A stretch of 63,998 bases of DNA, counting the filler, from Stramenopiles sp. TOSAG23-2 (lineage: Eukaryota), in NCBI GenBank assembly GCA_900128395.1. It is 5 parts of 5 records of this genome, joined end to end, with 100 filler letters (N's around TTAATTAATTAA, not from the genome) between each part and the next. Parts side by side here need not be neighbours in the genome. Positions count along the whole stretch, not along the records: positions 1 to 13,189 come from LT649818.1; positions 13,290 to 26,467 come from LT649819.1; 3 more parts are not named here. One strand, given 5' to 3'. The first letter of the stretch is position 1, and every line of letters begins with the position of its first letter. Shown here in pieces: positions 9,966 to 21,221 of this stretch. Under the pieces are notes generated by a model, which did no database searches, had not been told where the DNA came from, and worked only from the letters and a program-made list of their open reading frames with translations. A program made the translations under genes and the position numbers.

Positions 9966-12869
9966 TTATACACATTTACCTTTACCTTTGTTTTTTGTAT
10001 CTCTTAACCATACGCATTTGTTTTGTTTCACACATTCTGCTTTCTTATCAGCAAATGTATTACATTCTTTGTCATCCAATTTTTTTTTCATTCGCAACTT
10101 CTTACATTGTCCAATAACTGGGCAAGTAATTGGTTTGTCAAAGCAACCTTGCGCTATTTGTTTCTTGGAGTTTGGGAACCAATGGCCGAATACTTTCATT
10201 GGTAATGATTCTTCTTTGATATCATCCCATTGTTTTGCATCTTTGCATTCGTTTTCCACTGCTGCTGAAATACCACCTTTATTAAATGCGGTAATATCTT
10301 TCTCAACACCTTGTCGTAATTTTGCTAATACTAATCTTTTCAAGATTGCCCAGTTCTCCATTGCTTTGTTATGGCGATCCCAGCCATCTTGCATTGCTTT
10401 GTTATGGTTATCCATACCTTTTTTCATTGCTTTATTGTGCTTATCCATACCTTTCTTAACGAAACCTCTGATTTTGCCCCATCTGTTTTTGCCCTTCTTT
10501 TTGGAATGTGGAGCATCGATTAAAGCATGATGTTGTAAAAGCATTTTTTCTTCTGTCATTTCTTCCGTTTCCATCAATGCCAATGCAGATTTTGCAGAAT
10601 CACCAACGTCTCTTTGGATTTTCGTTAAACTACAAATACCATTTCCATTTAATTTGTCTGCAACAATACGGTCGTATTCATCAGGCCAGTACATAACATT
10701 GTTACCTTCACCTGGTAATTTATGACTATCAACGTAATCACCTAAGCGATAATTGTCGGTCCATGATGACAATGCTTTGCTAGTCATTTGTGGATTGCCT
10801 TTTTCAACATATCCGTATCTTGATTTTGGTCTTTCACCACACCAATGTGTATTTTTGCCAGTTGGTCCTGCTAAGAAAGCTAATAATCCTTTGTTTGATT
10901 TTGCCCATGACATTTTAGCAAATTTCTTTGGCAGGCAAAATGGCAATTCTTGATCAAGCGAAGTTGGGATTCGGTACCTGTCATTTTGAACATTTTGCCA
11001 CATAGCAGCATCTTTGTTTTTATGATCGTGACAATCTTGATGATTGTACCATAATTTATCAATAAATGCGTGATGGGAAAAGAAAATTGGATCTTGCGGA
11101 CTCCACATTCTAGCCATATGACCACCAATGTATACATGAGGCATACCATGGATTGCACCATAGGTTTCGATGAAGAAATCACGGTAATTAGTCTTTTCTT
11201 TAATGATAGCTGCAAGTTGTGTACGTAATGGCATACGTGCTTGGCCACCTCTTTGATATGTCCAATCGCGTCCTCTTGCTAAACATTGACGATCTTCGAA
11301 ATCTTTCCAATCACCGAATGGGCCGTCTTTTTTAACACACCCATTTGGACCGCCTCCTGCTGATCTAAATTCTCTTTCTGTGATTTGCTCGCTAGTACCT
11401 TTGCCACCGAAATCATTTAAGATAAATCCTGTATCGGAGAAATCATTACATTGAAGACCACCTTTGGATGATTTTAATTTATCATCATCAGCTGCTAATT
11501 TATCATTATCTTTATGATCATCATGTTCATCATCTTGGTATTCTTTGCTATTGATTAAATGGCATACTTTTGCTTCTTGTGCCCAGTCGTAAAATGGAAT
11601 GGTAACGCATTTAAATTCATCACCAACGGAACGAAGCATATTTTCATATTCGACTAAAAATTTACGATGCCATGGGTAGAAACCACTACTGGAATGCGCA
11701 TATACATCGTTATTAACGTGTTTATGCAATGCAACGAAAATGTCATATTTACCTACTTTCTTTGCAGTTTGCACAGCTTTGATGTATAATTCTCTTTCTG
11801 CTTTGGTTAAATCGTTGTAATCTTTTCTGATACGATCAAATGGTTTGCCTTTATTTGCACCTGGGCAAGTCCAATAAAATGGTCCAGTTGGGATTTCTTT
11901 ATCAGGTTTATTCTCTTCTTTTGGTGCAGATACAACAACTTTCGGTACTTTTGTTTTTTCCTCCGAATCATCATCATCTTCTTCTGTTTTTGGTGTTGAT
12001 TTCTTTGGTTCCACTTCTTTTTTTGGTTCCTCTGGTTTTTCTTCTTCTTTTTTCTCTTCTGGTTTCTTTTCTTCTTCTTCTTTTTTCTTTTCTGGTTTTT
12101 CTTCTTCTTTTTTCTCTTCCGGTTTCTTTTCTTCTTCTTCTTTTTTCTCTTCTTCTTTTTTCTCTTCTTCTTTTTTCTCTTCTGGTTTCTTTTCTTCTTC
12201 TTCTTTTTTCTTTTCTGGTTTTTCTTCTTCTTTTTTCTCTTCCGGTTTCTTTTCTTCTTCTTCTTTTTTCTCTTCTTCTTTTTTCTCTTCTTCTTTTTTC
12301 TCTTCTGGTTTCTTTTCTTCTTCTTCTTTTTTCTTTTCTGGTTTCTTTTCTTCTTCTTTTTCTGCAACACCTTTCACTGTAACGGAAATTTTACTACCTT
12401 TTTCACCTGTAGCAACTTGTTTACCATTAGATTTAAGTTCCAATGTTACTGTATCTAACAAATCATCCGCGGTTACCCAATCTTTGTCCATAACATTAAT
12501 TGTTACTTTGGAAACTTTACCTGTCCAACAAAATCTTCTGTTGAATTTTTTCGCTTTACCAGCGTTCCATTTAACTTTTGTGGTATCTCTACCTTCTGGT
12601 TTTGGTGAAACTTTTAAATATAAATCATTTTTCGTAAATGTATCTCCTTTTGCATTTACATTCGATACGCCTGAAACTTTCACTTCAATGCCACTGCATG
12701 CACCAACTTTTTGCCTTGTATTCAATAAAGAACCTTGTCCAATTAACTGGTTGGATTTTGATAAACGACGTTTTTCTTCTTGATTACTATCAATCGATAA
12801 TAAAGCAATGCCTATGAATAAAGCAAATATTGTAAATATTGCTACTCTTGTAAATGTACTTGATGCCAT
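9966..12869 (-). CDS. Tyrosinase (type-3 copper) with N-terminal signal anchor, C2 domain, K/E repeat stalk and Cys-rich C-terminus
   Basis: ATG 12869 (MASSTF); CuA H...AHSSSGFYPWHR; CuB IHGMPHVYIGGHM...SPQDPIFFSHHAFIDKLW; C2 DLYLKV...VMDKDWVTADDLL. Confidence 0.9.
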   Translation of the reverse strand: MASSTFTRVAIFTIFALFIGIALLSIDSNQEEKRRLSKSNQLIGQGSLLNTRQKVGACSGIEVKVSGVSNVNAKGDTFTKNDLYLKVSPKPEGRDTTKVKWNAGKAKKFNRRFCWTGKVSKVTINVMDKDWVTADDLLDTVTLELKSNGKQVATGEKGSKISVTVKGVAEKEEEKKPEKKKEEEEKKPEEKKEEEKKEEEKKEEEEKKPEEKKEEEKPEKKKEEEEKKPEEKKEEEKKEEEKKEEEEKKPEEKKEEEKPEKKKEEEEKKPEEKKEEEKPEEPKKEVEPKKSTPKTEEDDDDSEEKTKVPKVVVSAPKEENKPDKEIPTGPFYWTCPGANKGKPFDRIRKDYNDLTKAERELYIKAVQTAKKVGKYDIFVALHKHVNNDVYAHSSSGFYPWHRKFLVEYENMLRSVGDEFKCVTIPFYDWAQEAKVCHLINSKEYQDDEHDDHKDNDKLAADDDKLKSSKGGLQCNDFSDTGFILNDFGGKGTSEQITEREFRSAGGGPNGCVKKDGPFGDWKDFEDRQCLARGRDWTYQRGGQARMPLRTQLAAIIKEKTNYRDFFIETYGAIHGMPHVYIGGHMARMWSPQDPIFFSHHAFIDKLWYNHQDCHDHKNKDAAMWQNVQNDRYRIPTSLDQELPFCLPKKFAKMSWAKSNKGLLAFLAGPTGKNTHWCGERPKSRYGYVEKGNPQMTSKALSSWTDNYRLGDYVDSHKLPGEGNNVMYWPDEYDRIVADKLNGNGICSLTKIQRDVGDSAKSALALMETEEMTEEKMLLQHHALIDAPHSKKKGKNRWGKIRGFVKKGMDKHNKAMKKGMDNHNKAMQDGWDRHNKAMENWAILKRLVLAKLRQGVEKDITAFNKGGISAAVENECKDAKQWDDIKEESLPMKVFGHWFPNSKKQIAQGCFDKPITCPVIGQCKKLRMKKKLDDKECNTFADKKAECVKQNKCVWLRDTKNKGKGKCV
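11990..12362 (-). repeat. Coding K/E/P tandem repeat (~123-bp higher-order unit) inside the tyrosinase
   Basis: EEKKPEEKKEEEK repeats; pyrimidine-rich + strand. Confidence 0.9.
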
Positions 12870-13189
12870 CTTGTAAAAAAAAATAATAAATAATACGTGT
12901 ACACGAAGTACCAATAAATCAATCAATACAAATAAATGATATCTAAATGAATGACTGAATGTCTGAAATCACTTACGAATATATCTATATATATGTATCT
13001 ATCGTATTATATCTGAATGAATGACTATGTACATCCTCTTCTACTAGTAGTATATCTATATGTTTTGAAGTAGTTGTTTCACATTCTATGTTATACTAAT
13101 AAGTATAATTACCTATTAATTAGGAAATAGCATTGAAATAGCGTTAGATAATCCAGGATCACGATTTTGCATACGCTCACCCCCCCCCC

Positions 13190-13289
13190 NNNNNNNNNNN
13201 NNNNNNNNNNNNNNNNNNNNNNNNNNNNNNNNNTTAATTAATTAANNNNNNNNNNNNNNNNNNNNNNNNNNNNNNNNNNNNNNNNNNNN
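13190..13289. other. Artificial contig linker
   Basis: 44 N + TTAATTAATTAA (stops in all six frames) + 44 N. Confidence 0.99.
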
Positions 13290-13603
13290 ATGGGAATTTG
13301 TCATCTGATGCAACATGTGTACAATGTGATCAAGGACAATTTCAGCCTGCAAATCAATTTACTGGTACGAGTTGTACAAATTGGAAGCAATGCAATAATA
13401 ATGAATACATTTCATTTAATGGCAATCGTACATCTGATCGTATTTGTGTGCTGAAGCCAACAACTACAACAAAAGTTACAACAGTAGCAGAAATACCGAT
13501 GACAACAACAACAGTTTCTCCTAGATCACAGTGGTCAGCCAATAAATTGGACGAAAATGATGCAGGAAGATTATCCTCTGGTAATATAAATAACTATATT
13601 TAA
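13290..13603 (+). CDS. 3' fragment of a Cys-rich surface protein (TNFR/GCC2-like repeat plus Thr-rich stalk)
   Basis: CVQCDQGQFQ...CTNWKQC..NEY....GNRTSDRIC; truncated by contig start. Confidence 0.65.
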
Positions 13604-13920
13604 CAATTTCAATTATCATCGTATTTATGATAATAATTTAATAATATTTTGTAAAAATGTACGAATAATATATTATATGATATATTATAAGAAAAAGAAA
13701 GAAGAGAAAAAGAGAAAAATCACAAAATTTATATATTATATATTATTTATATATATATAAAAATTAAAAAAATACAAAATTTATGATATACTATAATACT
13801 CGTGTTACTACGAGAATCATTATATTATATTTCTATTAAAAAATTCTGAGATCTGTGAGATCTGAGGGAACATTAATAATAAGGTTATTATTTTTACAGT
13901 GTGATTCAGACGCAGACTAA

Positions 13921-14199
13921 TTCATTTTGATTTCGGGGTTGAGATTTAGATTGTATTGGTGTATTGGTGCATTGCGCGGTTGCTATTCTACTTGTTAAAA
14001 ATACGAAAATATTTAATATTTTTATTTTTTATAATATTCGGTTTATTCCTTGGTTGCTTATTCATTTTGATTTCGGGGTTGAGATTTAGATTGTATTGGT
14101 GTATTGGTGCATTGCGCGGTTGCTATTCTACTTGTTAAAAATACGAAAATATTTAATATTTTTATTTTTTATAATATTCGGTTTATTCCTTGGTTGCTT
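13921..14199 (+). repeat. 140-bp tandem duplication
   Basis: 13921-14059 is identical to 14061-14199. Confidence 0.95.
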
Positions 14200-14508
14200 T
14201 AGTATATGCGTTACTTTATTTATTTGCGCATGCGCCAAATTATGTACGGATCCAGCGCGAAATGGAAGCAACACTATCTAGTCGACACTACAATGTTTAG
14301 GCATGCCAAGATTCTGAGGATAGGTGGGTTTATCAATCCCATGGCTACGATACGATGGTCAGACGGGGATCCCCAATCTGTATTGCCTTTAGTGAATATT
14401 TTATATATGGCTGCCAGGATACAGGACGACGGCTGTCTGTATTCTGCGGATCGTATGAGAAAGAACGGTGAGCGATTGGCTCCAAACACTATATCATATA
14501 CTAAATTT

Positions 14509-16947
14509 TTATGAAATTGTGCACATACTTTGAAGCTTCTCCATGCAGCCATCACCGCTTTCAATAGTGACTGGATAATCATTTCCTGGGCATTCTTCAT
14601 AAATTTCAGCTAAATTTCGTATATAATTAGTCATTAAATGGTCTAATCCCATCCGAACATCAGCAATCATCCAACATATTCTTGGATGGTTTCTTGGCAC
14701 TTCATGCATCATAAGGCATTCCCTCGTTTCAACTTCGATAATTTCCGCTCTCTTACCAAGTTGTTTGTGTTTTAAATAAGTCTTCGTTTCTAACACTTTA
14801 GTCGTTGTAGTAGGTTTCCTGCTAAAGGATGCTTTTTTCGTTGCAAAATTTTTTGCATCTTGCACTTGTCCCAAATATTTATAAGACATATGTTGGATTC
14901 TACCTGGAACCCACAATACATTAAATGCTTGGTCTCCTTGCTTGTCTCCTGCACCTGCTGCAAGAATCTCATCGACTTTATCTTGCATAAATTGGATGGT
15001 CGAAATTGCCATTTTTTTTCCTTTTTCTGCGGCTTGATCCGCCATCGCCTTGGCTTTATTTCCCATACTCCCAAACATACTGCCCTTCTTTTTGTCTCCA
15101 TTTTCTTTTTCTTTTTTCTGTTTTTTTTTCCCAGTCCATTCCTCTACAATACTTGCATTATTTGCAATCCATACATACGATGACATATTTTGAGTTGCAA
15201 TTCTTGATACAAGATCATGTTGATTGACTACGGCAATTATATAACTTTTAGTAGATTCTAAAAAGGATATTTCTCCTTCCTTTAATGGTTCTGCATTAGG
15301 CCTATTGTTCAGAACGGGAGGAGTACCATATCCATATGCTGTAACTTTACCTTTGAATCCGCAACCATTTTGTTTTTTTCAGTATTTAAGATAATTGCCA
15401 ATAAGGACGCTGTTCCTGCACCAAGCGAATGACCGACACATGTAATTTTATCACATTTTTTATTGTCAATATATTCTCGTAAATGAGGGTATACATCCAT
15501 AGCAATTACTAAAGCGGCCCATTGCATTTGTGCATGAGTGATTCCATGTCCACAGACAGATGGAACAGCGTTGCAAACCATATCAGTCAACGCATCGCCC
15601 ATTGAACTTGTCCCGCGAACAAGAATACAAATTTCTTTCTTATCCTCTGCATACCCAATAGTGTATCTTGGAATATCAAATGTCTCCGGAATGGCAGCAG
15701 CATCAAAACTTTTAGGCAAGTTTTCTCCAACAGTATTTTTCCATTGTTGCACTAAAACCTCCCTTTTTACCTTATCAGTTTTTCCAATCTCAATTTTTCT
15801 ACCACCAAATATACCAACAAATGTTCCTACAACTTTTTGCTCTTTTTTTTTCTTCTTAAACATTCCACCTTTTTCTGCCGGGATAATGATCGTTTTTTCC
15901 AAATGATCTTTGTCTCCAGGAAGTATTGTAGGCAATAGTTTGTATGATTTTAAAATTGCATTTGATCGTTGTTGCATTGCCAATTTTGCTGTCAAGCCTG
16001 GTTTCTCGGGTTTAGACGATGCTGCTTGGGCATTTTTGCAATACTTGAATGGGTCCTTTGTATAAATACTAAAAGCAAGGAATGCATAGATGTATATTCT
16101 CCCAAGTTCTTTTTTATCACTGGCTTTTTTTCCCCTTCGTTGCATTTCTTTATGGACACGTTTCAGACCTTTAATACCATCATTTATTGCTTTATTCCAT
16201 TCATCCATCTTCTCTTGGTCCTTGAGTTTGTCTTTATATCGATCCCGATGTGGATTTTTAAGCTACGTACATTAAAATATTTGGTTAGAAATGAGAAAAC
16301 ACAATAGTTATTTAGAATATACCATAAATTTAGAAGATAGTTAAACTTACCTCTTCAGGGTAATAATCTTTCGGGGGCAGCTTGTTTTCAACAGCACTTT
16401 TGTTAAAGAGTTTAACCGCTGCCATGCTCGTTTTATCAAATATCATCCTGTCTGTTCGATCATCACAACCTTTATCTTCTTTCGTTGCATACCAACCTGA
16501 ATAGATGCGTCCCCATTTATAATCTTCCTCGTTTTGTCTAAGCTTTTTCGGATCATCCTCCGTTTTCATATTCTTTTTGATTTCTTCGTAGCTTTTAAAA
16601 TGTGCATCCCAATTGATATTATTTTTGTATAATTTTTCCGTCATATCAGCATATTGCAAGCATTTGTTACTTGATAATGGCAAAGCGGTCAAACCAGCAA
16701 CTGGCCAATTTACCGTTGACGGATCAGGGACCATTTGCTTAGTGCACCATAGTGCTAAAGCAATTTCCGAGGATTGCCCCCCAACGGCACTACATGCTTT
16801 TTGTAGCATCTCCATCTTTGGATCCGATGGTTTTGGTAAATTGACCCTAAAGAGTTTGTTTCCATCATCGTAATACTCTTTAAATGTTATTTTTGGATCA
16901 TGAAATACAGGTTTTACCTCCTTTTCTTCTGGCGTTACTTTAGGCAT
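14509..16947 (-). CDS. Class-3 lipase (DAG-lipase-like) with C-terminal CaaX; one intron and one frameshift
   Basis: Exon 16947-16351 and intron 16350-16263 join YYPEE|LKNPHR in frame; VRGT..MGDALTD and GHSLGAG follow; after a 1-nt shift at 15373-15379 come AYGYGTPP, VVNQHDLVSR, DHLMTNY, ending CTIS*. Confidence 0.8.
16263..16350 (-). other. Spliceosomal intron, 88 nt, phase 0
   Basis: GAG|GTAAGT donor, CTAAC branch point, TAG| acceptor; removal fuses ORFs 16330..16947 and 15309..16208. Confidence 0.85.
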
Positions 16948-17670
16948 AAATTTTTTTTTTATTGTTTTACTTTACTATGTAGAAGTATTTATCAGTTGTA
17001 TTAATAGTTCGTATGTGTGGATATATTGTACAGTATATTAGTATATTGACTTTTGTCTTTTGTCTTTATTCTATTTGTAAGTCCACGAAGTGTGAAGTGT
17101 GCAAGAAGAAGTTGCAAGTTTAATTGTTGCAATTGAAGAAGAATGATAATGAAGAAGAAGATATTAATAATATATTATAGAATTAGAATGGTGCAATAAT
17201 TTTTTGGCAGTCCTGCTACGCTGGCCTGCTGTGTGGCCTGTGCTGGCGTGCTGGCAGCATGTTATAATGATGTGGCCTGTGCATTCTTTGGACACCAGTA
17301 CCAGTGAAACGAAAAGATATTATACCATTGTATTAATAAACTCCACAGCACCCCATATATTCATATAAAGTATTATATAATATAATAGTATATTAATATA
17401 GTATAATACTAATAAGTATACCTAAAGCATAAAGTATATAGTATGTTATAATGCACTAATAATAGAAATAAGTGATATATTATTATATGGTGAAATCATG
17501 GCTGATGATATTGCGTATCATTGCGTGGTATATAATGATCAATTACGTAAAGGATTTTTTTGTGCTGTATGCTGTACCTGGTACCTACTCGATACCCTCA
17601 CCTTCGCCTGCTACAGACAGCCCAGAACCAGTAATTCTGAGCGCAGGCGAAGTACCTGTGTGTGGTAACT

Positions 17671-18165
17671 GGTCGGAAAATTTAGCACTACATAGCACTA
17701 AAAACAAGATTTGGGAAAAGATTTGGGAAAATATTTTCCGACGAAAAATGCATTATTTCTATACCTTGGTTTTTTAATTATGGAATTATATAGTCAAAAT
17801 ATTATATTATTTATAACTTTAATAATAATATATTTGTATCAAATTATATATCGGATATTTATTATAATAATGTTAAATCGATATAAATGTAATTTAGAGC
17901 ATGAAATCATGATGTAATCGAGAATGGAATATTTTCATTTTTCATCAGATTTTTGCATATACCATCATGTATTTATTGGAATTTTGATGGTATTTTCTCA
18001 ATGTATAGTTGTTATTATATTATATATAAATTATATCATACATTATTCGGATATTTTATATTTTATAAAATTATTATATACAATAATTGTCATTTCGGTT
18101 TCGTCGGAAAATATTTTCCCCTGAAATCTTGTTTTTAGTGCTATGTAGTGCTAAATTTTCCGACC
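17671..18165. mobile_element. MITE-like element (495 bp) with 42-bp perfect terminal inverted repeats
   Basis: GGTCGGAAAATTTAGCACTACATAGCACTAAAAACAAGATTT at 17671-17712 with reverse complement at 18124-18165; inner IR GGGAAAATATTTTCCGACGAAA; AT-rich non-coding core; no clear TSD. Confidence 0.8.
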
Positions 18166-18704
18166 GACTGGGCTAGCCAGCTAGCTCAGATAACTGCTAT
18201 CTCTTTATAATTTAAATTAAGTCAAGTGAAACCGAAAATGTCTGGGCTATATCGTAGTGTGTAGTGTCTATGATATAATATTCGTCAGTATATATTGGTT
18301 AAAATCTAAGTTATACGAAGCGTTCGTAATAATTTTACTTCCCGTGGTAAATTAATATGTTCAATACTCAATCTCAGAAATAATATGTTAATCCTCTCAT
18401 CTAAGAAAATGATTTACTCCTATCATACTATTAATAAAGCTCTCATGCGCCGCCGCAAGCTAATACTCTATAAGCACAAGTAGATCTGAATCCAGCATAA
18501 CACTCTCGTAAATAAATATACTCGCACTTTCTTCCATATAGTCCCGTTCCACTGCATCTATATGTCTATTTGCTGAGGTATTTGGATACAAATTCAACAC
18601 ATCCTTTTTATTTCTTGTCTCGTTGCATCTGACATGTCAGTGCGGGTAATTAATAACTGTTTCTCGTAAATCCAGTCTGTTATAAATCCTCTTATCTCTT
18701 GCTC

Positions 18705-20114
18705 TTAATTTTTGCATTCCGGAAATATAGTTTTAAATTTATCTTCTAGAGGCTTACTTTCACAAATTGTTTTAAATTCCATAGGTTTGTCTACGAATTG
18801 TTTGCACCTTTTGTAAATTTCATCATCTCCCACTTTGCCTTGCAGTTTCGGATATAAAGGAGCAATTTTACCAAAACTTACTCTCCATCGACTTGAAAAA
18901 TCGTTGAATTGTTTGTCATTATAATCCCGGATAAATGTTTCCCATTGACAATAATCCGCCAATTGTATGACCCCGAAAGCTTTGTTTACACGGGGATCAT
19001 GGTGAAATGCTACAGAAAAATCATCATTTGAATTATTTTTTGTCTCCAACTCGTGTGATACTTTCACTGATGATTTGATTTGGCTAGGCTTTTGTATTCG
19101 AGAGCCATACTCCTTTTTTTCTTCTCTTTCACGGGTCGATTCCATATTCCGTAAATCTCCACTGTCTAAATTTAATAAAAATGGGTTACTACAATCTTCC
19201 AATTTGTCTTCCATATCCCAAAGTATAACTATCATGTTTAAAAACATATAAATTTTTTCCCTCCCGTCTATCCAAACTTTTGTACTTTCTATATAGTCTC
19301 TGTATACCTCTTGTTCTTTCAAATTGCGGACGCACCTAGTAAAACTCATTACCATCATCATGCATATAATGGAAAGTATCAAATAAAAATATCCCCATGT
19401 TAGATAAGACCCATAAGTTGAACTCCTACCGCTTGGGAAAGCAACTGGTCTACCTGCCTTGCTCCAGGTCCCGTTGATTGATTCCCCACCATTTTCGACC
19501 CACATATCTGGAAATTTAATAAATGCAAAGCGGTTGAAAGCCAAAAAAGAAGCTACCATACCAAGAAGAGTTGAAATAAAGATAAAAAATATTATTGATC
19601 TATTCCAAAACCACCAAGATTCGCGTATTTTCCGAGGTGTATTGTCACTATTTGATGTCTCCATCCCACCCAATAAATAAAATACGACGATTCCACACAT
19701 AGATGCACCAAGCATGTAGACTGCCGCAGTTGTATACATAGATAATTCTTCAATTATCGTCGGGGATTTCCATCTAGTAGCATTGTATGGCGCTTTGCTG
19801 AAACGTTCTCTAGCTTCTTCAACTTCTCCAAAGTCTACCGACATTGGTATTCCCATAACAGCACCTAAGAATAAACCTGATAACAACGTGCTTATCATAA
19901 CTAAATTCTCAATGCGTTGATTGGATATAGTTGCCTCGTCTAAAAACTCGTCATAAATAGTGTTCAATAAAGGACAATTATACAACGAGCAATGTTTTCT
20001 TTTTTTTTTAACGGTATATGTTTGTACATAGTCATATTGTTTCTCTGGATTTATAAAGCGAACTGGAATTGCAAGTCTTTCACCGTTAGCCTTAGTTTTA
20101 GCTTCATCCCCCAT
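18705..20114 (-). CDS. Hypothetical 4-TM membrane protein with cytosolic C-terminal domain
   Basis: 469-aa ORF with four hydrophobic helices (NLVMISTLLSGLFLGAVM; AAVYMLGASMCGIVVFYLL; IIFFIFISTLLGMVASFLAF; YFYLILSIICMMMVMSF). Confidence 0.75.
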   Translation of the reverse strand: MGDEAKTKANGERLAIPVRFINPEKQYDYVQTYTVKKKRKHCSLYNCPLLNTIYDEFLDEATISNQRIENLVMISTLLSGLFLGAVMGIPMSVDFGEVEEARERFSKAPYNATRWKSPTIIEELSMYTTAAVYMLGASMCGIVVFYLLGGMETSNSDNTPRKIRESWWFWNRSIIFFIFISTLLGMVASFLAFNRFAFIKFPDMWVENGGESINGTWSKAGRPVAFPSGRSSTYGSYLTWGYFYLILSIICMMMVMSFTRCVRNLKEQEVYRDYIESTKVWIDGREKIYMFLNMIVILWDMEDKLEDCSNPFLLNLDSGDLRNMESTREREEKKEYGSRIQKPSQIKSSVKVSHELETKNNSNDDFSVAFHHDPRVNKAFGVIQLADYCQWETFIRDYNDKQFNDFSSRWRVSFGKIAPLYPKLQGKVGDDEIYKRCKQFVDKPMEFKTICESKPLEDKFKTIFPECKN

Positions 20115-20493
20115 ATTGTTATTGTTAGTCTAAATATTTATATATATAATGTTGTGTGTGTGTGTGTGCGTGCGTGCAGTATATGTAATGCTGTAATAGC
20201 TATTGATAAATTTATAGAGATATAAAAACTTTGTATTGGATTATATCATTTATTATATAGTTTGTGGTGAATTAATATTTTTTATATATATAAATACTAT
20301 AATACAATGCGTAGTATACAATTACTTAAATAAACACTTCTTCTTTGTGCAGGTACCACAGGTACCTGGTAAAGAAGAAGTGCTAAAAAAATAAAAAAAA
20401 ACAACTACTCAACATAAAAACAAATTGGGCAATAGCAATTGGAGAGATTTTAATTTGTTCACACAAATTAAGTCTGTGCATATTAATTACGAT

Positions 20494-20532
20494 AAATTTA
20501 GCACTACACAGCACTAAAAACAAGATTTCAGG
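20494..20532 (+). mobile_element. Solo/partial TIR of the MITE family
   Basis: aaatttagcactacacagcactaaaaacaagatttcagg matches the TIR with one mismatch. Confidence 0.75.
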
Positions 20533-21221
20533 CTATTTTCTTTTGTAAAAAGTCAGACAGGCTATCTATATTCTTACAGTAGTACAATATTGTCAATAAT
20601 GCTCTAAAAATAACTATTCAACGCTCGGTCGTTATTATTTATACTTGTTCCTATAGTAAATCTTGTTCCTATGTATTCAAGTTGAGAGTAGCAGAAATAA
20701 ATTCCGAACCCGAGACTAATGTTATTGCAACATTTCCTGTCGTTCCACAGGATGAAATTTTAAGCCCGGAGGCGGGGGAAAAGCTACGATTAATACCAGA
20801 ACAAATCTGAATATAAACGCATGCCAAATTTGTTAAAAATGGTCTACGTTTAATGATTATTATCATTGTAGCGATTTAATTTTTCGTTCGAGTATAGGTC
20901 TCCCAATTCCGGCGTTGAAAAATACTTTTTCTTCTTACTCTTTTCCATATCGATGGACCCGGATGAATACATATGCACAGACCCCATTGATTCCAGAGAT
21001 GATTTTAATTTATGCATATCGTAATTGACTTCATCATCAAATAAACCATCCGTGGCATTAGAACGTTCCAAATTTTCATTTAATTTGTCCAATCTATTCG
21101 AAACACCATCCAATTTATCCGCTAATATTTGTTATATATATATATACATCATTTATAAAAACTACGACTTCGTATTATTTTAAAGAAGGATTAATACACG
21201 ATATGATATATGTTACGTATA

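Noticed and set aside
11807..12382. Poly-K and poly-L/F ORFs, and similar shadow ORFs over N/S/D tracts elsewhere
   Set aside because: Alternative frames or antisense of low-complexity coding repeats.
13180..13189. Poly-C run at contig end
   Set aside because: Homopolymer at an assembly break; uninformative.
14274..14600. ORF as a further lipase exon
   Set aside because: The lipase ends sensibly at CTIS* (14509) after its catalytic His; this ORF has no homologous features.
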